64,000 nucleotides of DNA from Pseudogymnoascus verrucosus. Its lineage: Eukaryota. The stretch lies in assembly GCA_001662655.1 (NCBI GenBank), contig KV460227.1; one strand, 5' to 3'. A program made the translations under genes and the position numbers. Every line of letters begins with the position of its first letter. Positions within the stretch are counted from its first letter, which is position 1. The notes beneath the pieces were generated by a model, which worked only from the letters and a program-made list of their open reading frames with translations, ran no database searches and was not told the origin of the DNA. Below are positions 1-12,579 of this stretch, piece after piece.

Positions 1-195
1 TCAGAGGAAGACGAGGATGCATAGTTACTGTATTTCCATAGTCTATATAGCTATTAATGGTGTTTTCATTTTTATACTCGAGTAGTACTCGTAGTACTCG
101 AGTACTACTCGAGTACTACTCTACTCGAGCCCAAAAAACAGTACTCTACTCGAAGATCTCTGAGTAGTACTCTGAGTAGTACTCGGGCAACACTG
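1..195 (+). mobile_element. Right end of a probable hAT-superfamily DNA transposon (truncated by window start)
   Basis: Dense subterminal TACTCGAGTA/GAGTAGTACTC repeats (76-185) end in GGGCAACACTG, whose reverse complement CAGTGTTG fits the hAT terminal consensus (C/T)AGNGNNG. Bases 1-24 read SEEDEDA-stop, like an acidic transposase tail. The other end and TSD are outside the window. Confidence 0.65.
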
Positions 196-298
196 ACGAG
201 CACTTTTTTGCCACGGCTGCCCCGAATTTTATCAAAATATATGTGCTCTCACGCGACCGCCTCAGACGTTGGCTTATTATGTTTGAAATTCCTCTATC

Positions 299-1034
299 CT
301 ATCGAAGAGCTGCCTGCCAAACCTCAAGCCTCTGGGAATTGAATCCCGTCCATTCCTTATCCGCGTAGCTGCCACCACCAGCGCCAACCTTGGCCTGAAA
401 CGACTTCTCATCGCTGCTCAGCTTCGTCAATACATCCTCTGCATACTCGAACCACATCTTGCCAGCATCCACATCAGCCGGCGAGGGTTCGTTTGCCTCG
501 AATGCTGACCGTAACGTCCACAATCCAAACATGGAAAAGTCGAACGCAGGCGTAGACGAAGACAGGGAAGTTAGGCGTGCCAGGAAACCGTTTATATTAC
601 GCCATTGGCTGGCACAGAAATCATTCGTCGAACCTGTGCCAGGAGCTGTGTAATGTCAGCACCTGAAGAACATCGCCATGAACGATCATACCTCTATTCC
701 ATGCATCTCTCACGGAAGCCCCAAAGAGAGGCAGGTCGCTCCACATCTTCACCTTCTCTCCCCAGACTGTAACCTCACTCGCACCATTCGCAAAGTTCTG
801 TTGCTGCACGGCACGGAGGACAGCGACCAAAGGCTCTTGAGACTGGTGGTCGGTATCCGCGGCCACATCAATTATGCTTCCCCAGACAGGTCTCAGACCG
901 CCTTCAATGTCCGACTCTGGAGACCCCGTGGAGAATTTATCCTCCGCCGGCGCTATGAGAGCACGTGCGGCTGATGAGGGGTCGGTCTTTTCCGCGATGG
1001 AGGCCGTTAGGGAGTGGCGTTCTTGAGAAGTCAT
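299..1034 (-). CDS. DUF3632-like fungal protein
   Basis: ATG 1034, intron 691-646 (GTATG...GCTGAC...CAG) joins ...KMWSDLPLFGASVRDAWNR to APG...WRNINGFLARL...FGLWTLRSAFE; motif pattern typical of DUF3632. Confidence 0.75.
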
Positions 1035-1717
1035 CTTGGCCGTGCTAATGTATGTTGCGTGAAACGTGAATAAGTTGAACCAGGGAGGGAATGCAGCATA
1101 AACTCTATATTTACTTTTGGAGAGAGAAACGCCGAGGGCTGTCGCGACGTGTCGTCGGATGTTTCCCCGAAGCATGCTTCGTCGTTGAGCCTATAACGAT
1201 GGTCAACAGGAGCATGCCGTGGGGGGATGTTCATGCGCTTGTATATGCCGACCACATGTGGGCCAGCAGATCAAAGTTGTTGGTTGTTGCCAACTTCCTC
1301 TTTCGCCTGACGTCCGGCAGATCATTGCTGCCAAGTGTCAGGATGACATCGAGCAGCTGCCGCTCTCCGCCAACCCTATTCGCACGACTTTGTTATCGCG
1401 GAACTTTAGTAGCGTTGCTGCCCGTACCTTGATCCTATCGCGGGCGGAGATCCGCCGATCGCGCATGGATGCAAGACACAACTTCCGCATTAGGGTATAG
1501 TAATAGGATTTAAGGTGCATCGGCGGCATTCTAGAGTGCTGGCGGCATCACTACCCCGTCCATACCTGTCACGCATCTTCTACCACGGCTTCTTCGTCGG
1601 ATAGCACCGTATAGGTCAGCATGATGGGCAGTGGGATGAGTATATATGAAGCAGGTAGGATCCCCTTCTCATCGTCATCCACCAACAATCCCTCAGTTCT
1701 ATCCTCAATCTATCAAC

Positions 1718-2162
1718 ATGTTCGGCCTCAAGACCCTCCTCACCGTCGCCCTCGTCTCGGCTGTCGCTGCCCTCCCCGCTCTCGAGGTGCGCGCTGCCAC
1801 CACCTGCGGCTCCACCTCCTACACTGCTGCCCAGGTCAGCGCTGCTGCCGCTGCCGCCTGCAACTACGTGAAGGCCGGCACGACTGCTGGAAGCTCCACC
1901 TACCCCCACCAGTACAATAACTACGAGGGCTTCAACTTCGCTGTTGCCGGTCCTTGGCAGGAGTTCCCCATCCTCAAGAGCGGTGTCTACACTGGAGGTG
2001 AGAATTCATTGCATGCTCTGTGATTCATATATATACTAATTCCATAAAGGGAGCCCTGGGGCTGACCGTGTTGTCATCAACAAGTCTTGCGGACTTGCTG
2101 GTGCCATCACCCACACTGGCGCCAGTGGAAACAACTTTGTTGGCTGCTCGGGAACGAACTAG
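1718..2162 (+). CDS. Secreted guanyl-specific ribonuclease (RNase T1/F1 family)
   Basis: Signal peptide; YPHQY, WQEFP, then after intron 1998-2049 SPGADRVV...[14 protein letters not shown]. All four T1-type catalytic residues (H,E,R,H) present. Confidence 0.95.
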
Positions 2163-2637
2163 AGGCTGCATATTAGGGAAGCAGGTCTTCTTTCACGGCT
2201 TCTGTGTTCAATTATATAAGACATATATTCCAAAATGAAAATATTACAACTCTGAGTTCTGTAATTCCCTGGTAACCATCAAGGTATCGGTGAATGTCTT
2301 GACTAGGATGCGATGGCCAACCAACCAGGTTTGCGTATGGAGTAGGAAGCAATTACTAAGGTTTGTAAAACAAACAAAAATTACGAGCATAATTATGGAA
2401 ATTAAGTGGCCATAGTATGCGCAAACTATCCGAGCTCGATATCTTTGCCTCGCACATTAATTGGTTATGAAAGGATTCTTGGATCCCTGTCGCCAAGATG
2501 GTTATATCACGACGTCCACCAGAACACTCCCACACCCAACTCTCTTCCCGCCAGCTTACCATAGACCTCTTCAGGTGCGTCATTACCAGGCACACCGTTT
2601 GAATATACTGATATGGATTAGGTTTTTACACAGCGCG

Positions 2638-2970
2638 ATGATTCTCAGGCCAGACGCCAGGGCGATGATGCTACGTCGCATAATACGTGCACCTACGTAC
2701 AGTCATCCTCCCATGCTGCCGCTCTCTATACGAGCAATGACCCCGTCATGGCGAGCTGTATCAAGCAATAGCAAGAAACCACCTGTGGCGAAATCGTGCA
2801 AGGAAATCCCGATTATCGGATCCGACGGCAAACCCCTATTTGAGAGTTTAGGCATCACTGGTAGACTCAAGATGGTGGCCCTAGCCATTTTCGCGGTGCT
2901 GGCAACGATAGAGTCGATGTTCTGGGTTTCTATGCTGTGGAATAAGTATGGCTGGAGAGAGGAGAATTAG
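2638..2970 (+). CDS. Small hypothetical single-TM protein, possibly mitochondrial
   Basis: Arg-rich N-terminus and C-terminal hydrophobic stretch (VALAIFAVLATIESMFW); possible 5'UTR intron from 2575. Start uncertain. Confidence 0.45.
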   Translation: MILRPDARAMMLRRIIRAPTYSHPPMLPLSIRAMTPSWRAVSSNSKKPPVAKSCKEIPIIGSDGKPLFESLGITGRLKMVALAIFAVLATIESMFWVSMLWNKYGWREEN

Positions 2971-3083
2971 GTATATTTTTCGACAATTCCACACTTTGTA
3001 ATATATATACTCCGCTGTGGTGGGGACATTGTTCATCGCATACAAATCAACTATATAACCATCCCAGTCCTGCATATGCAGCC

Positions 3084-5395
3084 CTATTTCCAATCATTCA
3101 TAGCCCTCGCATCGTACATAGGCTGCTGATACTGTGTCTCGTCGATCATTATGCCCGACGCATTTATTAGTTCATTCCAATACTCCCAGTCTATCGGCGT
3201 ACTGTCCATAGAGTCGAAAGGCGTTGGATTTGCCACCTGGAATGCTTGATTCTGTGTTGGCTCACCAGCAACTCGTTGATCAGAAACACTCGAATAGCTC
3301 CCTGGGCTGACGCCAACTGACCGTTGCGATCGCAAAACCGAAATTGGACGTGGAACCTCCCCGTCTGGGAGTGTCTGCCCCAAATGTGCAAGCATCGACT
3401 CTCGGGCTCCCCAGCTCTTAAGTGCAAGATTTCCAATTGCAACATGTAGCGGGTTCTTGGTATCAGTGAGAACGTCACTGTGGTGTTCGAAGCATTCCAA
3501 AATCTCCCGCCACGCTTGATCAGCCCTGTCGCCGACGCTGCTGTGGCGCAATTCATTAAGAATGTAGACAAATGCATCTAGCTGGAAGTTGGCCTTGACA
3601 TGCCACATGAATTTGTGCATCCCAGGGAGCCTGTGACCCTGGTTATCGTACTCGATCATCATGAGACATATAGCAAACAAAGAGTCTTTCTCCTCCTGTG
3701 ACATGGTTGCCCCCCGGTCTCGAAACCTTCGTGGGTGGCGAGCAGCAAGCCGAAGCCTGCCGAACATGACCTTAACCATCACCATCGCTAATAGCTGGAG
3801 CGGGATGGCTGGATCGCAGTGCTTTACATACTTTTCCTCGAAAATACTCTCCAGTTTGCTGATGAAGGTCTCCTTCTCGGCGACAGGAGTGGAGGGGTTG
3901 CCTAGCAAACGCAGCATATTATTCCCTTCAATGGCGGCCTGATTGTGAAGCTGGCTGCCGAATTCACATCTGATCAGGCAAAATACCATCTCTGTAACTC
4001 CAAGATGCTCTTGGGGTCGTTCCCGCATATTGATATCCAGGTCAGCATCATTGACGTTTAGGGGAAACTTGGTATCCCCTCGGTATAGAGTGCGAGAGGT
4101 GTCTATTCGTGCTCGACCTGCTGTATGCCCATCCAAAATGGCTATCTGCCAAACGATTCGCCGTCCGTACTCGGCATTGAAGACGGAAAGCGAATCCAAT
4201 AATGGTTCGTGATTGAGTCCGAGCCGTTCAGTGAGGCGGACAGCGACACCAGTAAGAATCCATAGATCTTGTGCATCATAAACATTACGGATGGAAAGCT
4301 ACAGAGAGTCAGCGCCCTGCATTGTAACCACTTGGCCACGTACCAAAAATAACACAAAGGCTTGTAACACCATCGTGTCCCGTGTCGTGAGTAGACCCGC
4401 GACTGTGAGGGCCTTCTTTGCAATACCAGCAAAGCGTCGGTGAGCCAATGCTCTGTCTTCGCCTAGTATTTCCATGCAATCCTCGTCTCTCATCGAGGCT
4501 ATTGAACAACTATATATTGAGAACATCAAGGCGTGCATTGGTTTGGTAAAAGTTTGAGGCGAACCACTTGCGCGGCTTATCTCTTGCTGGATTGATGGCG
4601 CGTGTATTAGCTTCGTTAGTGGGTGGACATTATCCAAAAATGTCTGCCAAAGTCGGAATATCTGAAGTGGCTCAGGATGCAGAGAGCTCAGGTCAGGAAG
4701 CGGCGTATCGAGATCAAATAATTCAAGTTCAATCTTGGGAGGGGTGCTTGGTTCGCTGTCAAGAGACTGATTCGCTACACGAATGGCCAGGTCTCTCTCG
4801 TCGTCGGAGGAAGCGTCAAGAATCTCATCACTAAGTGTTGACCAGAGATTACTAGGCAGAGTCAGGGTTAGTATGGATACTCCTACGCCTACTCAAATTT
4901 CTAGCAATTATCGATGGCAGTGGGCAGTGAGAATATGACATACTTGGGCGCGTAAAGTGGTAATCCATCCTTTCCAACAACAGCGGATATATGACTTGAG
5001 TTGGCACCATCCACACTGGCGCTGGCTACACCAGGGCGGGCTGAGATGACGGGGTCGTCAAGCTCGTCGAGCTTAATACCGTGGCGACGCAGGAGTTCCT
5101 CATATCTCTGAAGCCGTGCAGCCACATCAGTCTCGATGACTCGTCTGCGGCGGCTTCTAGGCTTCGGCGGGGCCCCAGGAGTGCAACTAATACCAGCTTT
5201 GATGCAGTTGGAGCATGGTTGCTGCTCATTTAGTCAATGCACGGGACCTATTGAGAACCCACAAGAACGAGGTGGCCCACAAACCTTTCTATCGCATTTT
5301 ACCTTGCGTTGGGCACAAAGAACACAAGAGAATACTTTCGGCGGCTTGGAGACGGTGCTCTGAAGCTGCGCCGTGGTTGGCTCTTCTGTAGACAT
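3084..5395 (-). CDS. Zn(II)2Cys6 transcription factor with fungal-specific TF domain
   Basis: CVLCAQRKVKCDRK|QPCSNCIKAGISC split by an intron; coiled coil ARLQRYEELL; downstream VHPLTKLIH, RRIVWQI, FPLNVNDADL motifs; multi-exon. Confidence 0.92.
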
Positions 5396-6403
5396 GCCGT
5401 GGAACGGATATAGAACACGGACAACCACCCTTCAGTGCACAGTGGGCCTTGGAGTCTCAGAAGTTCAAAACACTGGCTTCTTCAAGCTTGGTGGAGACAA
5501 GAGAGCTCAGCGACGGGGATTTGATTTGCAAACCATGAGCATAGACATCAACAAAAGAGTAGATGGGAGAGAAAGAGATAAATGGCGCTGACATACGGGC
5601 TGACGACGTGTTGCCTACCAACAACTAATTTATGCTTAAAGACGCGGCTATGATCCCTCTTCCCAATCCAGTAAGGTGTGTGTGACATGCGCGTCGATGA
5701 TAAGCGCCAAGAATACACCAACGTACCTCTCCCGCCAGCGGAGATACAGATAAAGCACCACGACACAACATATTCGACGAACGGCGAGAGCAAACTCGCC
5801 GCTGTGCTGAAGCCGCAAAATACGATCAAGTGATCGGTTGATTGCGGCGCGCGCCATGATAATGTTGCGGGGAATGACGAACGCAAAATAGCAAACATGA
5901 CAACAACAGCAGTCGAACCATGCATGCAGGCAACCGCCCTGGCCAGGCTATGTATGTTTCCATAATCAAGTTATCCCGAGGAAGACCATATTATCCCATG
6001 AGATGCTGTGTTTTGCCTTGATATTGATGTCCAAGCTGGCCGCCTCGTCATGTTTTCTGGAAAAGTGGCCCTCAGAAACTCACGCCAACAGGGATGAGAT
6101 CTGGAACTCACCACACGATAGCCTGGAGTCAGTTACCGGGTTAGTGTTACTGCCTGACGATAATTCTATAGCGTCAATTTCATATCAGTAATTTCATCTC
6201 GAGTTCTGCTCGTATGATGCAGTTGACGCCCTCAAGTCCAAAGTCAAAGTTTGTAGTCGGTCGAGGCTTCTCGCCGACGGCGATGCTGCCCGCCCAGTAG
6301 TTCCTCACCTTTCATCAACTCTCCACCTACCAGCACAAACCCACTTCCGCGCCATTTCTTTCTTCTCTTACCCGATCGAACCCTTTCAAAATCACCGCCC
6401 AAG

Positions 6404-7954
6404 ATGTGCTTCAACTGGTGCTGGCCATTCACCGAGTACGAGGTGGAGGACGACGAAAAGGGCCGCGAGAAGTGCCAGATCACTCACAAGCACACCCATA
6501 CGCGCCGCCGATATCGCCATCGAGGCCGCTATTACAGCACAGCATGCCCGGTGTGCCAGCAATGCTCATGTCGATTCTGTCAGCCTCACCAGTGCCAGCC
6601 GCTCTCAACCATCGGACCGAGATATATCGGCCCAGTAGAGATGACAATGGCCATCGCTGCCCCTCCACGCGTCGTAAGTATTCAAACTTCACTTCTGGTG
6701 CTCTTCCTTTCTGTATAAATGGCTTGTTGTTTACCCTCCCTATCATTCGTCATTGTGGATCTATAATTTCCTACTCTTCTACTTCCCCGAATGCTCTTGC
6801 CTCGTCGAGACCAGCCGGAAACACTACCAGCCCCAATTTACCATTTCTGCCTGTTTGGACGTCTGTTGGCGTCCCTCGGTCACTTTGTCACTCGATCTCA
6901 TAGGCGAGACAATCTGCCAGTTGTGAGCCTTTTGACATATCTTCCGTCTTCCTACTCGATCTCAACCTTACTCCTACACAAACATCACAACAAACATAAA
7001 CAAACAACAACCCGAGCCATTCGTCCTCAAGTACCACCACTTTATTGAACACAACCTCATCATCACCATCGCACTTCTTTTCACACAAACAGCTGCCTAT
7101 CTCGTCGAGGCAGCCTACATTCACCCGACAATTTCATTTTCCTCAGTTCAACCTTCTTCCTTTCATCTCAATGTCAAACCCAGCGAACTTCCAACCTCAA
7201 ATCCCAAGCACAGTCCGAGGCCCCTGGGTTCACACATTTGTTCCGCCTGCTTCAAGGATGTCTTGCTTCAACAGCTCAACCCACACTTGCGGGTGCGGCT
7301 GTGTCAAGACCAAGGTCAAAGGGCCTACTTGTGTATGGTCTCCCTGGCCTACCAGAGTCACATCCTCACCACCTCTCTATTGTGGACCTCCCTCTGGAGG
7401 ATGTGGATGTCCCATCGGGAATGGCATCCAGCAGCTGGGCAACCAAGGAGGGCCAATCATTATCAACAATGGGCCAGTTGCCACTGGCGGTTATCTTCAC
7501 CAGGGCCAGGGCTGCGGCCATGGCGGAATTGCAAGTGCTTTCATCATTTATTCTTGCGTGATCCATCTCTAAAGCGAACAAGAGCTAACTTTGGATTTTT
7601 CAGCAATACGGAAGTCGATTCGGACCAACTCAAACCGGCGGGTTCATTCAATACCCAGGCGGACAAAGATTTCTTTGCCCACCGCAGGGGCCGATGTGGA
7701 ACGGCCAGCAGTGGGTCACGAATGGTCCGACCAAAGCTGAGCATATAGCTGCTATGAAAGACAAGGCTGATACGCGTCCTCAGGAGCTGGTCCCTGCTGA
7801 TCCCGACATCTCACGCATGTATGAGGTTCAAGAATTAGATGGCAACTGGACTCGTCGCAGCCGTTACACAATTGACAGCAAAGACATTGGCCAGGTTCGA
7901 TGGTATCAGCGCCCAGACGGCACCTTCTTTGCCAAGCGTCTCCCATCTGGCTAG
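6404..7954 (+). CDS. Hypothetical protein, Cys-rich N-terminus, C-terminal ELDGNWT-RWY motif; exon usage ambiguous
   Basis: Exon 6404-6673 ends at GTAAGT in phase 0; terminal exon 7604-7954 follows GCTAAC...CAG in phase 0; an internal ATG exon 7171-7530 is also in frame. Confidence 0.6.
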
Positions 7955-8669
7955 ATCAAGAGGCAGACAATTTCTCGTATGTGAACAAACCTCCTCGGAA
8001 TAAACCACCAATACTGACCAACAACAGATCGTCAAGTATTTCACGATATTCAAGACCGGTTACACGCAGTGGTGGCTTTTTCAATTTGGGTTCTCATCAA
8101 TGCTATCCTTGCCTTTCCACTTTCTTATGTTTGGCGTTTCGCTCGAGGTTCAGGTATGGTCGGAGGGATGCACTACGAAGGTTATGCTGGTGGGAAGGTG
8201 TGGCCTTCTATGGTCTTATCATGATGGAGATGGCTCTGAATTACATGGGAAGGGCCAATACAGCTCCAGGATGGCTACTCAGCTGGTACAGTCTGCTTGG
8301 CGCTAGAAGTAGCTAAGACAATCAATTTGTGCCTGTCGAATCAATTCTCCCGACGCCGCGCTGATGGCAGTGTAGCTAGTGATCTTTTAATAGAGAAATA
8401 TCTCCACAATGTCTCAATGGTCTTCAAAATCCAAAGCTTTGCTAATGAAAATTTACGATGCGTATCTCTCCTCGACAGAATTCTCACTCAGGCGGCACCT
8501 ACACGACTATGGCTATCGGCCGCTAATGTCTCTGAATAGTCCCAGATGCTTCCGGTAGCAAATATGGTAACGGTACAAAGAGTACGGATCCAGAGTAACT
8601 AGATTTTAATCAGAGCCTTAGTAATAACCCTAACTACCCTTTTCCCAAATAGACTTCGAGTATATTCAT

Positions 8670-8743
8670 ATCACGTGATTCAATGCATCTCAAGATCATG
8701 TGATTTAAGACTTAAGCTAGCCATCCATTTAAGAATTCACGTG
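8670..8743. promoter_or_regulatory. E-box cluster upstream of CAB5
   Basis: ATCACGTGAT (8670), ATCATGTGAT (8695), TTCACGTG (8736) within 170 bp of the ATG. Confidence 0.5.
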
Positions 8744-8835
8744 CCTCTTATTTCGCTGATAAGACACAGCTCGGCTTACAACCTTATCACCCATTTAAAC
8801 ACCAAACTACAATCCACCCTCATTTATAGCTTGAG

Positions 8836-9639
8836 ATGTTGCTTCTCGGTTTAACAGGCTCGATCGCAACGGGCAAGTCCACGGTGTCCAATATCCTTCG
8901 TGCACCACCATACTCAATCCCTATTATTGATGCCGACGTCATTGCCCGTGAAGTCGTTGAGCCTGGCACCTCGGCCTACGACAAGATTGTCGGCTATTTC
9001 GGCGCAACCACGCCTGACCTTCTTCTCCCCAAAACCGACGATGGCAAAGGGCGGCCATTGAACCGTCCTGCGCTGGGGCGCCGAGTCTTTGGGGATACTG
9101 ACGAGCGGAAGAAGGATCGGGCTGTACTGAACGGGATCGTGCATCCTGCCGTCCGTATGGAAATGTACCGGCAGCTGCTGAGGTGTTATCTGAGAGGCTG
9201 CTGGGCGGTCGTCCTGGATGTGCCGCTGCTGTTTGAGAGCGGGCTGGACACGCTTTGCGGTACCGTCATGGTTGTTGCGGTGGGGGATCCGGCAATACAG
9301 ATGAGGAGGCTTCGAGACCGGGATGCGCACTTAACGGCCGAGGATGCAGAGAACAGGGTGCTAAGCCAGGGCGATATCAGAGAGAAGGCGAAGAGATGCG
9401 AGGCAAGAGGCGATGGCAGGGGGGTCGTGGTGTGGAATGACGGTGGCAGAGAAGAGCTCAAGAAGGAGATTGAAAGAGTCATGTCAACCATCATGAAAGG
9501 GAGCCCGAAGTGGTGGGCTTGGCTTCTGCTACTGGTGCCTCCGCTGGCGGGTTGGGCTGGGCTGTGGACATATTACCGGAATATGAAGGTCAACAAGGAC
9601 TGGAGACAGGCTGAGCTGGAGAGCAAAGCAAAGTTATAA
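8836..9639 (+). CDS. CAB5: Dephospho-CoA kinase
   Basis: GLTGSIATGKS Walker A, IIDADVIAREVV, LNGIVHPAV, VLDVPLLFE; C-terminal TM; intronless. Confidence 0.96.
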   Translation: MLLLGLTGSIATGKSTVSNILRAPPYSIPIIDADVIAREVVEPGTSAYDKIVGYFGATTPDLLLPKTDDGKGRPLNRPALGRRVFGDTDERKKDRAVLNGIVHPAVRMEMYRQLLRCYLRGCWAVVLDVPLLFESGLDTLCGTVMVVAVGDPAIQMRRLRDRDAHLTAEDAENRVLSQGDIREKAKRCEARGDGRGVVVWNDGGREELKKEIERVMSTIMKGSPKWWAWLLLLVPPLAGWAGLWTYYRNMKVNKDWRQAELESKAKL

Positions 9640-10267
9640 TCGTATGTGGCGCTTCTTTTACAAACATATCTGGTTTCGGATTTATCTTCTGTAATATTCT
9701 CTTCGAATGGTTTCATGCGACCAAAGGCCCATTTTGTTTCCTCCCTCTACATTGTACGCGAAGGATATCATATCATATGTGAAATACAAGACAATTTCGA
9801 TATTTTTATAATCTTCCAAGAGGGCCGTTCTCTTTCTCTAGCCACTTTGATGCGTGCATCGTTTGCGGTTTGCCAGGTCTTTGTCTGCTTTCCGCTTCCC
9901 GCTTCCCGCCTCGCATGAACCTCACACCCACCACCCTGACATAACTTCAACTGCAGTCACATATGGTCAAAAACTCAAGATCACTCCCATACACTCACTG
10001 ACGTGATTCATCAATGTCCAATATCACATAAGTATCATTCTATATTTAACTCTCTTCATCGACTTCGTCTAGTTCTTATGCACACTTGTTCCACGTCTCT
10101 TGTCATTGACAGTATTCGAACATATATACCACTGTGACCTCTTAAAGCTCGTCCAAAGACGCTGCTATTAATATTGAGACCTAGTCGATAATATTTATAT
10201 TCCTTCCTTGGGATTTCAGAGGCTCTCAAGGCCTTGGCCGACCAGGTCATGCCTCATTGATTCTTCG

Positions 10268-11977
10268 ATGCAGGCCTCCGTTGTTGAATGGATCGCTGGA
10301 GAAACTCTTCCCCGCCATAGAAGACGGAGATCACTGGAGTCACCTCAACCAAATACAGTCCAGCACCACTCTATGGGTGCAAGAAACCATTCCGGTTGCT
10401 GCCAAACATGCTGCAGCTGTTCCAGTTGCGATGATCGCTCCGAGACGTCGACAAACTCACCGTCTAAGAGAGTTCGCTTCAAGCAACCCAAGGGTATTTT
10501 AAAGCATACCAGGAAGGTGGATGGGGAGGATCATATATGCTGTTCTGCGTGCAAGCCATCTGCTCACTGCAATGAGAGACATACGGTTGGGAAGAATGGA
10601 AAAGTTTATGGGACTAGCAAGAAATGCGGGCCTAAAGGTGAGAAGAAGGAAGTAGACAATTGGGGCGAATCCAAAAGCACATCAAATTCACCCAGAGGGA
10701 TGAAGGACGTCTCAAACAACAATTACTCAGGTAAGGGAGACCCACACGTAGCTACAATTTCAATTTCTACAACTGCAAATTGACAAACCTTTAGTCTATC
10801 ATGCCCAAATCCCACCCTCACCTCCTCAAACTCCTGAACAACGACGCACTTTACAAAACTTAAGTTCTTTCATCACCAAAAATATGTCGCGTCTCATCTT
10901 ACCCTCAAGAGCAGAGGTCATCATACGTGAGGACGTCCTCGAAAACGCGTCCGATCCTCGACCAAATGCTTTCTTTGACGCCAGAACTGGGATGCTCCGG
11001 ATTTACCATGGACCAATGTATGGAAACCCTGGTGGCTCGTTAGTTCCATTACAGGCACAGCATGTTCCTATCGGAACACCCGCACCACCGCCAAGTGCTT
11101 GGGCAAACCCTTGGGCTGGTATGATAGGAGGGATGAGTGGTAGATGGCCGTTCAATGTGAACCAGCGAGGAGGCGGGGGCGATCAGGGGATGCAAAACAG
11201 CGGCAATTCAGAAAATAATCACTATTCAAGGTATGGGTGTCCAGCCCTCCCTGTCTTGTTTTATAGCGTTCTAACAATAACAGTGGCAACAGGTCTAATG
11301 GTCAGAGAAACAATTCTCGAGGTAAGACAGGACCATATGGAGAAACCCACAATAACAGCGGCTCATCGTTAGAAACAGGTGGTTCCAAACCCATGCCAGG
11401 TTCATTCAGCAACGACAATGATCAGAATGGTAATTCTGGGTGGAATACCGCCGACAACAATGCCAATAACAACGCGAATAACAACTCGAACGACGATGGC
11501 TGGGGGACCGGAAACAACGATGCGGATAACAATTCTCCTGACAACGGTGGCCAAGGTGACACCTGGGGCACAGATAACAATAATTCGTCAGGAAATGATA
11601 ACTGGGGCTCAAATCAGAACAACAACAATACATCATCGGGAGATGATAACTGGGGCACGAGCAACAACAACAATACATCATCGGGGGATAATAACTGGGG
11701 CACGAATAAGAACAATGCATCTTCAGGTGACGACAACTGGGGCAGTGGCCCAGATAACTCCAATCACAACAGTAACGGGTCTTCGAGCAACTCCAAGTGG
11801 CCAGGGTACAAGGATCGTCCAAATCAAAACGGGACATCGCAACGCATTTTCCCGGATGCGACTGGCACTGAGTTTTCGGCAGGTTCGTGGGGTGAGCCTG
11901 CCAAACAAGAGTCGTGGGGAGACAAAACCGCTGCGCAGAGTACGAAGAACAATTCAAATGATACTTCGGGTTGGTGA
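10268..11977 (+). CDS. Hypothetical protein with Cys clusters and Asn-rich WG-repeat C-terminus
   Basis: Three exons (10268-10730, 10795-11230, 11284-11977) join in frame across canonical GT-AG introns, linking three separate ORFs of the track. Confidence 0.75.
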
Positions 11978-12579
11978 TGGAAGGTCGAATTCGGACCGAG
12001 GGTCGTGAAGGATATTTTGGAGAGGGTTGGTTGGCAGAGGCCTTCCTGGTCATTGGGTTTGCATTGATGGGGTGACACGAAGAATTGGGGCTATTGGCAC
12101 CGGGCTCATTGTTGCTTATCTTTATTGCTCGGCTGCATGGGATCGAGACTTGGGAACCTGATCTGAGGTGAGGGTATCGTGTAGTTTTATATCCAGGCAT
12201 ACAGTAATGATTAGCTTACTTCCGATACCTATACAGTGCACATCTGGACTGTTCAAGCTGCAACTTTCTAAAAAAGCTTCCATTCACTATAAATGGTTCT
12301 ATCTTTCTTTTACATACTTCTATCAATCCCTTCACAAACAAATACGTGCTGCCCATCCCTAATGATTGCGCGCCCGAGACCAGCCTGCCTCCTTCGGCAA
12401 GACATCCCAAAACCCCCAAACCTGGTTTAGTAACCGACAATAATCTATCTCTGCCTTTGCAAATGCACATTCCCAAGCTCCATACCATGCCGGGTATCAT
12501 GCCCTTTATGCATCATGCCCGTGTCGTCATATCCATCGTGAAGTGTATTTCGTTGCCTGCCCCTCTTTCTACGTCCATC

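Noticed and set aside
1091..1529. Overlapping short ORFs between DUF3632 and RNase genes
   Set aside because: No recognisable motif or splice structure; likely divergent promoter sequence.
8624..8634. TAACCCTAAC, matching a telomerase RNA template
   Set aside because: Only ~200 bp before the CAB5 ATG, leaving no room for a kilobase-scale TER; a short match is expected by chance.
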